A stretch of 64,000 bases of DNA from an uncultured Caulobacterales bacterium. Lineage in GTDB: Bacteria; Pseudomonadota; Alphaproteobacteria; Caulobacterales; Maricaulaceae. The notes under the pieces were generated by a model. The model made no database searches. It had not been told where the DNA came from and saw only the letters and a list, made by a program, of their open reading frames with translations. A program made the position numbers and the translations under genes. The DNA is taken from the NCBI GenBank assembly GCA_938003545.1, contig CALKXY010000022.1:3637-67636 (forward strand), read 5' to 3'. Below, piece after piece: positions 27,329-42,300 of this stretch. How positions within the stretch are numbered: the stretch's first letter is position 1; each line of letters opens with the position of its first letter.

Positions 27329-30300
27329 ATGACCGGATTTTTGAGCAAATTGATAGTTAAGACCAAGCGCCTCATAGGAGGGACGGCTAGAGCCTCCCTT
27401 GCGGCAGGTATACTCTTGGCCACGACGGCCGCTGCCCCAACGGCCTGGGCAACAACATTCACGGAAACCGTCCCAAATGGGAATGGTCCTATCCCAGACA
27501 CATATCCGCCCGTTGGTGGGACAATGTTTGTTCTGATTGGTGTGAACGGCAATATATATTATCAGTTTGTGAACCCGTCGACACAGTTTAGAGGTTTTGC
27601 TGGCACAGGTACGCCTACTGCGTTTCAAGGCATACCGGTCTTTCAACTTGGGCCAACACAGGCACTGAATTGCGGCACAGTTTCTTGCTCCTCTTATTTT
27701 GGTGGTAGCATTGTCGAAGGTTACTCACGCTTGACCGTGCGTGATGCGGATGCGTGTCCCGGTAACTTCGATTTTGAAGATGTTTCATTTGAAGTGAACG
27801 GCATATCGGTTTCCAGCTTATCCAACCTCCCAGCGAACTCGGTTGAACGGACAAATTTTGCGGGTACGACAACTATCGGGACTGAAAACTGTTTCAGGAA
27901 TGATAACTCAGGCGCGGAAACCTCGACGGCTTGGTTCGATCTGCCGCCAGCACTGCTCACCAATATTCTAGCCGTGAATGGCACGACGCCTTTCATCCGC
28001 GATGATGATACAGGGAGTAACACGACGCGCGGTGATAATTTCTGGTTCTTCACTGACGGCAATGACGCAACGGGTACGCCAGAGGTTGCGCCTGGTATTA
28101 CTATTGTGAAGACCGCTGACCAAACTGAATACACGGCCCCTGGGGATATCATCAATTATGAGTTTGAAGTCGTAAATATCGGCTCTGTCCGCTTAACCAA
28201 TATCGTTGTCGATGACAGCTTCATTACAGGCGCTGTTACCTGTCCGTTCACGGCGCGGAACCCCGGCCGGTCCATGATTTGTACAGGTCAGCATATTGTG
28301 ACCCAAGAAAACGTCGACGCTGATGTTGTGTTCGTGAATATGGCGAGTGTGACGGCAATACCTACAGAGGGCACATTGGGCAACGTTTCGGGCACGCTTT
28401 CGATTCCGGGACCTGAGGCTATTAACGCACTGACGTTGACGAAAACTCCAGACATTTCCACCGACCTCGAAGAAGGTGACACGGTTACATATACATATGT
28501 TGTCGAGAACATCGGCAATATCACACAGACGAATGTCAATATTACGGATGTCCATAATGGGACAGGGACGTTATCTGCCGTCACGCCAGCCAGTGTTGAT
28601 TTGGGACCAACGGAAAGTCAGACGTTTACGGCCACCTATGTTGTCACCCAAGACGACATTGATTCTGGCGTCGATATTACAAACACGGCTACCGCAAACT
28701 CAACGCCTCGACGTGGAACCATCACGGCCCCGACAGCCGATGCTAGCGTCTCTGTTACTGCGCCAACTCCCGAAGCTGTCTTTTCAAAAATCGCCAGTCC
28801 TGACAGTGACGCAGAAGAGGGTGACACGATCACCTATACATATAGCGTTCAGAACACAGGCAATGTGACACTGACAAATACATCAATCTCAGATGTCCAA
28901 TCTGGCACAGGCACATTATCTGCGATCACGCCAACAGGCGTCGACATCGCGCCTGGCACGACACAAACCTTCACGGCGACCTATGTCGTGACGCAAGATG
29001 ACTTTGATGCGGGTACTAATATCACGAATACGGCGACGTTAAACACGACCCCTGCGCGTGGGACATTAGGTGCGCGCACAGCGGACGCAGTTGTGACACT
29101 GGCTGATCCAGCGCCGCTCGCTACATTGACGAAAACCGCCAGCGAAGACACGGATGTCACTGAAGGCCAAATCATCACCTATACATATGTCGTGACGAAT
29201 ACGGGCGACGTGACCTTGAATGCGGTTTCAGTATCTGATGTGCATGCGGGAACGGGCACACTATCTGCGATTACGCCCGCCAGCGTAACTCTCGCTCCAA
29301 CGGAAAGTCAAAACTTCACTGCGACCTATACGGTTACGCAAGACGACATCGATGCTGGAACGGCGATCACGAATGAGGCGACTCTATCGGCTACACCAGA
29401 ACGCGGCGTTCTTGCCCCCGTCACGGCAGATGAATCTATTGACGTGATTGCGCCCGCACCGATGGCAACGCTCGTCAAGACGGCAGACCAAACCACTGAT
29501 GCGGAAGAGGGTGATGTAATCACCTATTCCTACCTGTTCCGAAATACGGGTAATGTTACGCTAACGTCTGTTTCGATTACCGATGTGCATGACGGCATGG
29601 GGACATTATCCGCGATCGCACCGGCTTCGGTTGCGACTATTCTTCCAGGAGACAGCGAAACCTTCACTGCGACGTATACGGTCACGCAAGACGATATTGA
29701 TGCAGGTGTTGCCATCACGAATACGGCGACAGCGAATGCTACGCCGCCCGCTAGCAGTGGCCCTTTCACGCCGCCGATGGACGATGCGAGCGTTACACTT
29801 ATCACGCCAAACCCATCTGCAACGATGGTTAAAACACCAAGCCTAACCACGGATGTGGAAGAGGGCGACGTTATCACATATACGTACCGCATCACGAATG
29901 ATGGGAATGTCACGCTTACCGATTTGTCCGTGTCAGATGTGCATTCGGGTACGGGAACTTTATCGGCCGTTACGCCAGTCAATGTCGCGAGCCTTGCCCC
30001 GACAGCTTTCGTTGACTTCATGGCGACCTATACGGTTACGCAGGAAGATATCGACGCAGGCACCGATATTACAAATATAGCGACCCTCTCATCAACGCCA
30101 ACGCAAGGGCCTCCACCAGTTGCCACAGATGATGCGACCGTAACTGTTGAAGCCGCCGATCCGCTGATGACATTGACAAAAACGTCGGATGACACAACGG
30201 ATGTCGTCGAAGGCCAGACGCTAACCTATACATATGTCGCCACGAATACGGGTAATGTCGCGATGACGGGCGTCAGCATTTCTGATGTCCATTCAGGCAC

Positions 30301-33300
30301 GGGAACATTATCTGCGATTACGCCTGCCAGCGTCGATCTCGACCCTACGCAAAGCCAGACCTTCACGGCGACCTATGTTGTTACGCAAGATGATGTCGAT
30401 GCAGGTACGCCGATTACGAATACAGCCACGGCAAATGCGACGCCTGCGCGCGGATCCTATACGCCTGTTACGGCGGATGAATCTGTAACTATTGAGGCCG
30501 CAACACCCGCAGCCACACTTACAAAGACGGCGTCTGATACGACGGATGTCGCCGAGGGTGATGTGATCACCTATACATATGTCCTGACCAATACAGGCAA
30601 TGTCGGCCTTGACGCTGTCAGCCTCTCCGATAGCCATTCGGGCACAGGCACCTTATCTGCTATCTCGCCTGCAACCGTTGCGACCCTAGCGCCCGGAGGC
30701 AGCCAGACCTTCACTGCGACCTATACCGTCACGCAAGATGATGTGGATTTAGGCACGGATATTACAAATACAGCGACCCTGAGCGCGACACCGAAACGCG
30801 GCGTCCTTGGACCGATTACGGCGGATGAAACTGTAACTGTTGAAGCGCCTGCTCCGCTCGCAACACTCGTTAAGGCGGCCTCAGACACGACAGATGTCGC
30901 TGAGGGCGATGTCATCACCTATAGTTATGTTGTGACAAACACAGGGAATGTGGGTCTTGATAATGCCAGTGTTTCGGATGTGCATTCAGGCACAGGCACA
31001 TTATCTGCGATTACGCCTACCAGCGTTGACCTCGCGCCAGGTGCCAGCCAGACTTTCACCGCGACCTATACCGTCACGCAAGACGACATTGATGCCGCTA
31101 CAGACCTCACCAATACGGCGACATTGAGCGCGACGCCAAAAGGCGGAAGTCTTCCGCCTGTTTCTGATGATGAGACCGTTACCGTCGAAGCGCCAACGCC
31201 GACCCTATCCCTGACGAAAACCGCCAGTGATGATACTGATGTTATGGAAGGTGACGTGATCACCTATACGTATGCTGTAGCAAATACGGGCAATGTCACG
31301 ATGACGGCCGTATCCATCAGTGACGCGCATAATGGCACAGGCACTTTGTCTGCCATCGCGCCAGCGAGTGTTGATCTTGAGCCAGGCGACACCCAAAATT
31401 TCACAGCGACCTATACTGTCACTTTGGATGATGTGAACGCAGGTACGCCGATTACAAACACAGCGACAGCCGCCGCAACCCCAGCGGCAGGGTCATACAC
31501 GCCTGTCACGGCTGATGAATCTGTGACGGTTGAGACAGCTGATCCAGCATTGACGATTGTTAAAACCGCAGATGTCACAGCCGATGTCGCAGAAGGCGAC
31601 ACGGTTACTTATTCCTATCTTGTGACGAATACGGGCAATGTCACGATGACTGCCGTCAGCATTTCTGATGTGCACTCTGGCACAGGCACGCTCTCTGCGA
31701 TCCTGCCTGCCAGTGTCGATCTCGACCCTACGCAAAGCCAGACTTTCACCGCGACTTATGTTGTCACTCAAGACGATATTGATGCCGCCGCGCCGATTAC
31801 AAACACAGCTACGGCCAACGCCACACCTAGCCGCGGCACATATACGCCTGTTTCCGATGACGAAAGCGTCACTGTTGAAGCGGGTGCACCAGATTCGACC
31901 TTCACCAAGTCTGCGTCCGATACGACCGCAGTCGAAGAAGGCGACGTCATCACTTATACATATGCCGTTGCAAACACGGGTAATGTCACCTTGGACAATG
32001 TTTCTGTCTCCGATGTCCATTCTGGCACCGGCGCATTATCAGCGATTACTCCCGCCAGCGTCACGCTTGCGCCGGGCGCATCGCAGGACTTTACTGCGAC
32101 TTATACTGTCACCCAAGATGACATCGATTCTGGCGTTGATATTACCAATACAGCGACCCTTTCGGCTGTCCCGCAAACGGGTACCTTTACGCCGCAAACC
32201 GCCGATGAAACCGTAACACTCGCTGCGCCTTTACCAGAGTCTACTATTGTAAAGACGGCTGATATTACAGCAGGTGTTACTGTTGGTGACCTCATCACCT
32301 ATACATATGCCGTCGAGAATACGGGTAATGTGAGCTTGACCGCAGTGTCGATCAGCGATGTCCATTCAGGTGCAGGGACACTCTCTGCGATCACGCCTGC
32401 CAGCGTCGATCTCGCGCCAGGCGCCACCCAAGATTTCACGGCGACCTATACGGTTACGCAAGACGACATTGATGCGGGTTCTGACATCACCAATGTTGCA
32501 ACAACAAATGCAACGCCTGTGCGCGGCACCTATACGCCGTCAACGGATGACGAGACGGTGACTGTTGAAGCACCGACACCGAGCCTAAGCGTCATGAAGA
32601 CGGCGTCTGATACAACGGATGTGTCTGAAGGCGACACGATTACCTATAGTTACGTTGTCGAAAACACCGGTAATATTGGGATCGACGCCGTAACAGTTTC
32701 GGATGTCCATTCTGGAACGGGCACACTCTCTGCGATCACGCCTGCCAGCGTTGATCTCGCGCCAACAGCGACGCAGACATTCATGGCTACCTATGTCGTG
32801 ACCCAAGACGACATTGATGCGGGTACAGACCTGACAAATACTGCGACTGCGGATGGCACGCCAAAACGTGGAACGCTAACGCCTGCGACAGATGATGAAA
32901 CAGTAACGGTCGAAGCGCCGACTCCTAATGCAACGCTAGATAAATCTGCTGATGTTACAGCGAACCTGCAAGCCGATGATGTCGTGACATATAGCTATGT
33001 TATCACGAACACAGGTAACATCGTGTTGGATAACCTCTCTGTGTCTGACGTGCATTCTGGCACAGGCACATTGTCTGCGATTACCCCAGCCAGTATTGCG
33101 ACACTCGCGCCGGGCGGAACCGCGACTTTCACTGCGACTTACACGGTTACGCAAGATGATATTGATTCAGGGGCCGACATTACAAATACAGCGACCCTCG
33201 CGGCGACGCCAAAACGCGGGACTTTACCCGTCGTCACTGGCAGCGAAACGGTTGCGCCAGCGGATGCGTCCCCAGCTCTAGCCATTGAAAAAACCGCAGA

Positions 33301-36300
33301 TGTGACGACTGGCCTGAGCGTCGGCGACACAGTTACTTACACATATGCGGTCCGCAACCCGGGCAATATCACGATGACGAATGTTACCGTCAGTGATGTT
33401 CATATGGGTACAGGTACTCTCTCCGCAATTACGCCCGCTAGCGTCGATCTTGCGCCGGGTGCTACGCAAGATTTCACGGCGACTTATGTTGTCACGCAAG
33501 ATGATATTGATGCGGGCACACCCGTGACCAATGAAGCGACTGTCAATGCGATACCGACTGTTGGGAGCTATACGCCTGTCTCCGATACAGAATCTATTTC
33601 GCCTGAAACCTCTGCGCCTGAAATCACCCTGACAAAAGTCGCAGATCAGACGACGGACCTCGCGTTAGGTGATGTCATCACCTATACTTACACGGCTGAA
33701 AACACAGGGAATGTGACGCTGGCGGATATCAGCGTATCAGATGTGCATTCTGGTACTGGTACCTTATCCGCCATCACGCCTGCGACAGTTGCAAATCTGC
33801 CCATTGGCGGCATGGCAACCTTCATGGCAACCTATACTGTCACGCAAGACGATATTGATGCCGGCACAGCGATTACGAATACGGCCACAGCTGCGGCCAC
33901 GCCGCCAAGCGGCACATATGTCCCAGCTACGGCGGATGAGAGCGTCTCTCCTGAAGCCTTTGGTCCCGAGCTAACCGTTGCGAAAGTTGCAGATGTGACG
34001 ACAGGCCTCGCGGTTGATGATGTCGTAACCTATACATACACCGTTACGAATTCTGGCAATGTCACGATCAATAATGTCATGGTGTCAGACGTGCATTCTG
34101 GTTCGGGTGCCTTGAGCGCCATCACACCTGCGAATGTTGCAACTCTATTGGTTGGCGATAGCGCAGATTTCACAGCGACTTATGTTGTCACACAAGCTGA
34201 TATTGATGCAGGCGACGCCGTTACAAATACTGCGACAGCAGATGGTACGCCTGTCGGCGGTACACTTGTTCCCGCAACAGGGACGGAATCCGTTGCGCCA
34301 GAAGGTCCAGCCCCACAGGCTGATTTCACGAAGACCGCCAGCGTAACCTCTGACCTCATGGTCGGTGATATTGTGACATATACATATAGCGCCACAAACA
34401 CCGGTAACGTCAGTCTTTCGAATATTAGCGTTTCGGATGTTCACGGCGGGGCAGGGACCTTGTCGGCGATTTCACCCGCAAATGTGGCCAGTCTCGCAGT
34501 TGGCGACAGCGTTGACTTCACGGCGACTTATCAGGTCACGCAGGCGGATGTGGATGCCGGCACGCCAATCACAAACATAGCAACATTGAGCGCGACACCT
34601 GCAGGCGGAACGTTCCCGCCAACGACTGCGGATGAGTCTGTTACACCCGAAGGCCCAACGCCTGTCTTGACGATTGCCAAACGCGCACTCTCGACAGATT
34701 TCGCAATGGTTGGCGATATATTGAGCTATGAATATGATGTTGTGAACACAGGTAATGTGTCCATTTCAGCGATTACTGTGAGCGATGATAAAATCGCGGT
34801 CGTCACCTGTCCTGTCACGAGCCTTATGCCAACGGAAAGCACGACCTGTACGGCGACTTATGAGGTCACGCAGGCCGATCTGAACACAGGTTCGGTAACA
34901 AATATCGCCTCTGTGTCTGGTACGCCAAGTGGCGGTACTTTGACCCCGCCAACCGATACGGCGACGGTCGACGGAACACAGACACCTATGCTGACGCTCG
35001 TCAAAACGGCCTTGGATAGTGATTTTGCGGCTGTTGGCGATGAGCTAGACTATGAGTTCCTCGTAACCAACACTGGTAACGTAGAGGTCACCGACCTTGT
35101 TGTGAGTGATAATAAAATCGCCGCTGTTAACTGTCCTGTCACGAGCTTAATGCCAACGGAAAGCACGACTTGTACGGCGACTTATAGTGTCACACAGGCC
35201 GATTTGGATATGGGGTCAGTGATGAACCTCGCCGAAGCTGACGCGACCCCTGCGGGTGGTACGCTAACCCCAGCGGGCGACACAGCCACGGTGGACGGCA
35301 CACAAAGCCCTGCGTTGACGACAGAAAAAACGGCGCTGACATCTGACTTCACAATGGTCGGTGATACGCTCGACTATGAGTATCTGGTTACCAATACAGG
35401 TAACGTCACCATTACAGACCCGATCACGGTCAGTGATGATAAGATCGCTTCTGTCACATGTCCTGCGCTTCCAGCGGGTGGATTGCTCCCGACAGCCACC
35501 CTGACTTGTACGGCGACCTATACCGTCGTCCAAGCCGATCTGGATGCAGGCGAAGTCACGAATGTTGCGTCATCAACAGACGGCACAACGACATCTCCAA
35601 CGGATGATGCAACGGTTTCAGGCACACAAAGCCCGGCCATGACGATTGTAAAAACAGCACAAGACGCCGACTTCACTACAGTTGGTGATATTCTGACCTA
35701 TGAATATGTTGTCACCAATACGGGCAATGTCCTGATTGCTGATCTCGATGTTACAGATGATAAAATCGCGGCTGTAAGCTGTTCTGTGGCGGCCATTGGA
35801 AATGGCGACGCCAATCTTGACCCATCGGAATCGGTTACCTGTACGGGCGAATATACGGTCACTCAGGCGGATCTTGATGCAGGTTCCGTTACGAACCTAG
35901 CGTCTGCTACGGGTACGCCAAGCGGCGGCACATTGACCCCGCCAGAAACGTCCGAGACAGTTGACGCGGTTCAAACACCCGCTCTGAGTTTGGAGAAAGC
36001 CGCTGGCGAAACGAGCTTTGATGCCGTTGGCGATATTCTAACTTATACATATACGGTCATAAACACAGGCAACGTCCTTGTCTCTGATCTGGTCATTACC
36101 GATGACAGGATCGCCGCGATTAGCTGCGATATCACAGCCATTGGTAATGCAGATGCCAATCTTGACCCGACGGAAACCGTTATTTGCGAGGCCGATTATA
36201 CGGTGACGCAGGACGATCTCGACGCAGGTGAAGTGACGAATATCGCGTCGGCTGACGCCACACCTGCGGGCGGCACGCTGACCCCTCCAACAGATACGGT

Positions 36301-39300
36301 AACAGTTAATGCTGACCAACAGCCATCACTGGAGACGGTTAAAACCGCGACGACAATTAATTTCGAATTGCCGGGCGACGTCACGACCTACGAATATGTT
36401 GTGACCAATACAGGTAACGTGACATTGACAGACCCCATTACAGTGACGGATAATCTCATTTCCACTGTGACGTGTCCTGCGCTTCCTGCGGGCGGCTTAG
36501 CTCCAACGGCTACATTGACCTGTACGGGTGATTACACCGTTACGCAGGCAGATTTGGATGCGGGTTCGGTGACGAACTTGGCGTCTGCATCAGATGGCAC
36601 GACCTCTTCTCCGCAAACGTCAGAAACCATTCCTGCTGATCAAAATCCAGCCCTCTCCATCGTCAAGACGCCTCTCTTCACAGATTTCACGGCGGCGGGT
36701 GATGTTGTTGAATATGAATTTGCTGTGACGAATGATGGTAACTTGACGATCACAACCGACATTGAGGTCGTGGATGACAAGATCGGAACGATTGCTTGTA
36801 TCACGGGCAACTTCACGCCGGGAACGACGCAAACCTGTCGCGCACCTTATACGATCACTCAAGCTGATATTGATGCAGGCGAAGTGACAAACCAGGCTTT
36901 CGCGCAAACTGATGCGCTTGTTTCAGCCCCTGTTGACGCCACTGTTACAGGTACGCGCACCCCGTCACTTGGATTTACAAAACGCGCCACGACGGCCGAC
37001 TTTGCATCTGCGGGCGATATTTTATCCTATGAGTTTGATGTTGAGAATACAGGCAATACAACACTAACAGATGTAGCCATCACAGATGACAACATCGCAA
37101 GTGTCTCCTGTCCGCAAACGACGCTTGCGCCAGCTGCGACAATGATTTGTTCGGCCGATTACACAGTCACGCAAGCCGACGTGGATGCGGGCGAAGTCGT
37201 AAATAACGCGTCTGTCTCTGGCAATCCGCCTGCAGGCATACCCCCTGTTTCGACGCCAAGCACGGCAACTGTAGACAGTGTTGCGGTTCCAGGCCTAGCG
37301 TTCGTCAAACGGGCTGTGACGACAGACTTCGATATGGCAGGAGATATTCTGTCCTATGAATTCGATGTTGAAAACACGGGTATGATTACGCTCTCGAATA
37401 TCGTTGTCACAGATGATTTGATTGCCTCTGTCACGTGTCCGCGCACAACGTTGGCTCCGGCGGAGACGATGGTTTGTACCGCGACATATACGGTGACGCA
37501 GGCAGATGTAGATGCAGGTGAGGTGATTAATAACGCCTCTGCGGCGGCAGATCTGCCAAATGGCGACCCGGTGACGCCTGTTCCAAGCACGGCAACTGTT
37601 GCGGCGGACCAAGTCCCTGTACTTGATATTATCAAGACAGCTCTGACCTCTGAATTTAACGCCGTAGGTGATGTGCTGGCGTATGAAATAACGGTGACAA
37701 ACACCGGTAATGTGTCCGTGTCTGCAATTGTCGTTGATGATCCATTGATCCCAGCTCTCTCTTGCCCCGCTTCGGCATTGGCCCCGACAGAGAGTTTCAC
37801 ATGTACGGGCGATTATGCGGTCACCCAAGCGGACATTGATGCGGGCATGGTTGACAATACAGCCTCTGTTTCAGGTACGCCAAGTGGCGGCACATTGCCG
37901 CCAGCTGAGAGCACAGCTTCGGTTGATGCGGATGCGAACCCAGCTTTGGCGCTTGTGAAAACGGCGCAGACTGCAAACTTTGACGCCGTGGGTGATACGG
38001 TAGACTATGAATACATCGTCACGAACACAGGTAACGTCACGCTGACGGATTCAATCTCTGTCTCTGATGATAAAATCGCTTCGGTGTCTTGTCCTGCGCT
38101 TCCAAGCGGTGGTTTAGTGCCAACGGCGAGCCTGACCTGTAGTGCGACCTATGTCGTTGTTCAGGCGGATTTGGACGCGGGTCAGGTTGTGAACCGCGCG
38201 ACAGCCAGCGACGGCACAACGGCGTCTCCTGAGGTATCTGAAACAGTTGATGCCATCCAAGCCCCTGCGCTTGCCATGACTAAAACGGCTAGCCCGCAAA
38301 CATATGCGGCTGTTGGAGATACGATCACATATACTTACGCGATCACCAATACGGGTAACGTCACGGTCACATCTGCGCTTTCTGTCTCTGACGACAGGAT
38401 TGCCTCTGTGTCTTGTCCTGCACTTCCAGCGGGTGGTCTTGCGCCAAATGCGACATTGAATTGTACTGGAACGGACACGGTCTCGCAGGCCGATTTGGAT
38501 AATCGTTCGGTGACCAACACTGCGACGGCCACAGATGGCACAGCGACAACGGCGCCTGTCTCTGAAACCGTCACTGTGGAGGAGCAGCCAGGTCTAGCGA
38601 TTGAGAAATCTGCTGACCGTCCTGCCTTTGCAACCCTCGGCGAGACTGTGACCTATAATTATCTGGTCACGAATACGGGTAACTTGACGATCACTGACCC
38701 AATTACAGTCAGCGATGATAAGATTGCCTCTGTGGCTTGTCCTGCGCTTCCAGGTGGCAGCTTGGCCCCGAATGCCAGCATCATCTGTACGGGCCGCTAT
38801 GACGTCACGCAGGCCGATCTGGATGCGGGCGACGTAACCAACATCGCGAGCGCAAGTGTCGGATCAACAGTTTCGCCAACGGATAGCGTGACGTTACCGG
38901 CGACGCAGGCTCCGGCTCTTTCCATTGCGAAATCTGCACTGGACACAGCCTTTGCAGCGCCAGGTGATGTACTCTCTTATGAGTACAGCGTGCGCAACAC
39001 AGGTAATGTGACGCTGACGGGTGCGATTAGTGTCAGTGATGACAAAATCGCAGCTGTGAGTTGTCCTGCGCTACCGATATCAGGATTGGCACCTAACGCC
39101 GAAATCACCTGTTCCGCGGATTATCTCGTGACGCAGGCTGACATTGACGCAGGGTCCGTGGTTAACACGGCAACGGCCTCCAATGGCGCGACGACATCTG
39201 CACCTGATGATGCGACAGTGAACGCCGATCAGATGCCTGCGCTGACAGTTGCTAAATCTGCTGACCGCAGCACATATAATGCACCAAGTCAGACGATTAC

Positions 39301-42300
39301 TTACAGCTTCTTGGTCACAAATAGCGGGAACACCACGCTTTTGGACCCAATTACTGTGTCTGATTCCCGTATTACATCTGTCACCTGTCCGGCTCTGCCT
39401 CCTGCAGGTCTTGTGCCAAATGCGTCGATCACCTGTGAAGGTATTGATATGACGACACAGGCCGATGTGGATGCAGGCGTTGTTGAAAACGTCGCGACGG
39501 CCGCCTCTGGTCCGACGACATCTGACCCTGTAACGCGCCGTGTTTTTGCAACACGCGTTGCAGAACTACAGGTCGAGAAGACAGCGACGAATATCAACTT
39601 TACGCTACCCGGCGATATTGTGACCTATCAATATGTTGTCACAAACCTAGGTAACGTGACGATCACCGACCCCATCACAGTTGATGATAATCTGATACCA
39701 AATACGGTTTGCCCGGCTTTGCCGTCTGGAGGCTTGCTTCCAGGGGCCACATTGACCTGTACGGCTGATTATGTCGTGACGCAGGATAATTTAGATATCG
39801 GCGTTGTTGTGAATATCGCGACAGCTACAGATGGCACTGTAACATCAGCGCCAGATAGCGAAACAATTCCAGCGGACGCCAACCCTGCGGTTGAGCTACG
39901 CAAATCATCTACTGACGGACCATTCTCCGCAGTTGGGGATATTCTGACCTACACATTCGACATCGAAAATACGGGCAATGTAACCCTGACGGGCGAGACG
40001 TCTGTTGTGGATAATAAGATCGGCACATTTGTATGCTTCATCGGAAACTTTGTCCCTGGTGCGACCGAAACATGCACAGAAACATATGCGGTAACGCAGG
40101 CTGATCTCGATGCAGGCTTTGTTACGAATGACGCCTTTATTATGCATCCTCGCACCAGCAGCCCGCCTGTTTTCGTCACCATTCCTGCTGATCAAAGTCG
40201 TGAATTGACGCTTGAAAAATCGGCGACAACACTGGATTTCGCTAATGTTGGCGATACGCTGGACTATGTCTATACCGTAACAAATGTTGGCAATGTTACC
40301 GTGACCTTCCCAATCGAAGTGTCTGATGACCGCATTGCGTCAGTTACATGTGATCCATTACCAGCAGGCGGGTTACTGCCAACGCAAAGCGTGACATGCC
40401 GCGGGACGGATATCGTGTCTCAGGCTGATATTGATGCTGGGTTTGTGACGAATATAGCCACAGCGACAGATGGTTTCACAACCTCGCCGCCGCAAAGCGA
40501 AACTATTGGTGGTGTCCAAGCGCCTGCGCTTGAGTTGACGAAGACTGCGCAGAACAGCGATTTTACAACTGTCGGCGAAACACTGACCTATAATTATCTT
40601 GTTCGTAACAGCGGGAATATCACGCTGCTCGACGCGATCACGATTAGTGATGACCGGATTGACGCTGTTTCTTGTCCAGCTCTGCCCGCCGGCGGTTTAT
40701 TGCCTGGCGCGTCACTGCTTTGTAGTGCGACCGATACAGTGACTCAGGACGATCTGGATGCAGGCGAGGTCATGAATATCGCGACGGCGACATCCGGCCC
40801 AACAACTTCAGCGCCGCAAAATGCGACTGTAACAGGTACGCAAACGCCTGAGTTCTCTCTCGTAAAAACGGCGTTGAATGCTGATTTTGCAGCCGCAGGC
40901 GATATCGTTTCATATTCTTACGAGGTCACAAATACGGGTAACGTCACCAGCACGGCCCCGATCTCTATTAGCGATGACAAGATTGCCTCTGTGATCTGTC
41001 CAGCCAATCCAGGCCTCGCGCCGACGGAAAGCTTGACGTGTACAGCGGATTATACTGTCACGCAGGCTGATGTGGATGCAGGTGCGGTTACCAATTTGGC
41101 GACAGCCACAGATGGAACCGCCACGTCTCCTGAGGTCTCTGAGACGATTGACGCGGCGCAAGCGCCAGCTTTGAGCATTTTGAAGACGGCTCTGACCAGC
41201 GAATTTAACGCGGTCGGCGATACGTTGGATTATGAGTATGTCGTGACCAACTCTGGGAATACGACAATCACAGCCGCAATCACGATCAATGATGATCAGA
41301 TTGTCACCGTCAGCTGTCCTGTGCTTCCTACGGGTGGATTGCTTCCGGGTGCCAACCTGACCTGTACAGCGACGGACGTCATCACGCAGGCCGACTTGGA
41401 TGCAGGATTTGTAACGAACACAGCCTCCGCCACAGATGGCACAATCACATCTCCTGTTGAAACAGCGACTGTGACTGGGACACGGTCCGAAGGTATTGAG
41501 ATTAATAAAGTGGCGCGTTCTAACGACTTTACGGCCGTGGGTGATGTGTTGTCCTATGACTATATCGTCCGCAATACGGGCAACGTTACACTGACCGACC
41601 CAGTGACGGTTTCTGATGATAGAATTGCTTCTGTGATCTGTCCTGCCAATCCAGGTCTCGTCCCGAACGCAACATTGACATGTTCTGCGACTTACTCCGT
41701 TACGCAAGCCGACTTGAATGCAGGTGAAGTTACAAATATTGCCTCGGCAACGCTTGGTGGCTTCACGTCTCCAACCGACACTGTGACGATTACAGGCACG
41801 CAGTTGCCAGCTCTGTCGATCGTGAAATCTACGACCGCTGATGCTATTCGTCTTGCGGGCGAGACGGTCACCTATAGCTATGTGGTCACCAACTCAGGTA
41901 ATGTCACATTCGACACGGCGATCACGGTCAGTGACGACAAAATCGCATCTGTGACCTGTCCAGCGACACCAGCGGGTGGATTACTACCTGCAGCGAGCCT
42001 CACCTGTTCTGCAGATTATGTTGTCACGCAAGCTGACCTCGATGCAGGCGGCGTTACGAATATCGCGACGGCCAATACGGTTGTGGATGGTGTTCCAACA
42101 GTATCCGATCCTGCAACTGTCACAGTTGATACGGCTGTCACGCAAGGTCTCGGCCTTGTGAAAACTGCGACTACAGAGACATTCTCTATGCCAGGCGACG
42201 TTGTCAGCTATACCTATGTTGTCACCAATACTGGTAACACAACGGTTCTTGATGCGGTTTCTGTCTCTGATGATAAGATCGCCACAGTCTCTTGTCCTGC

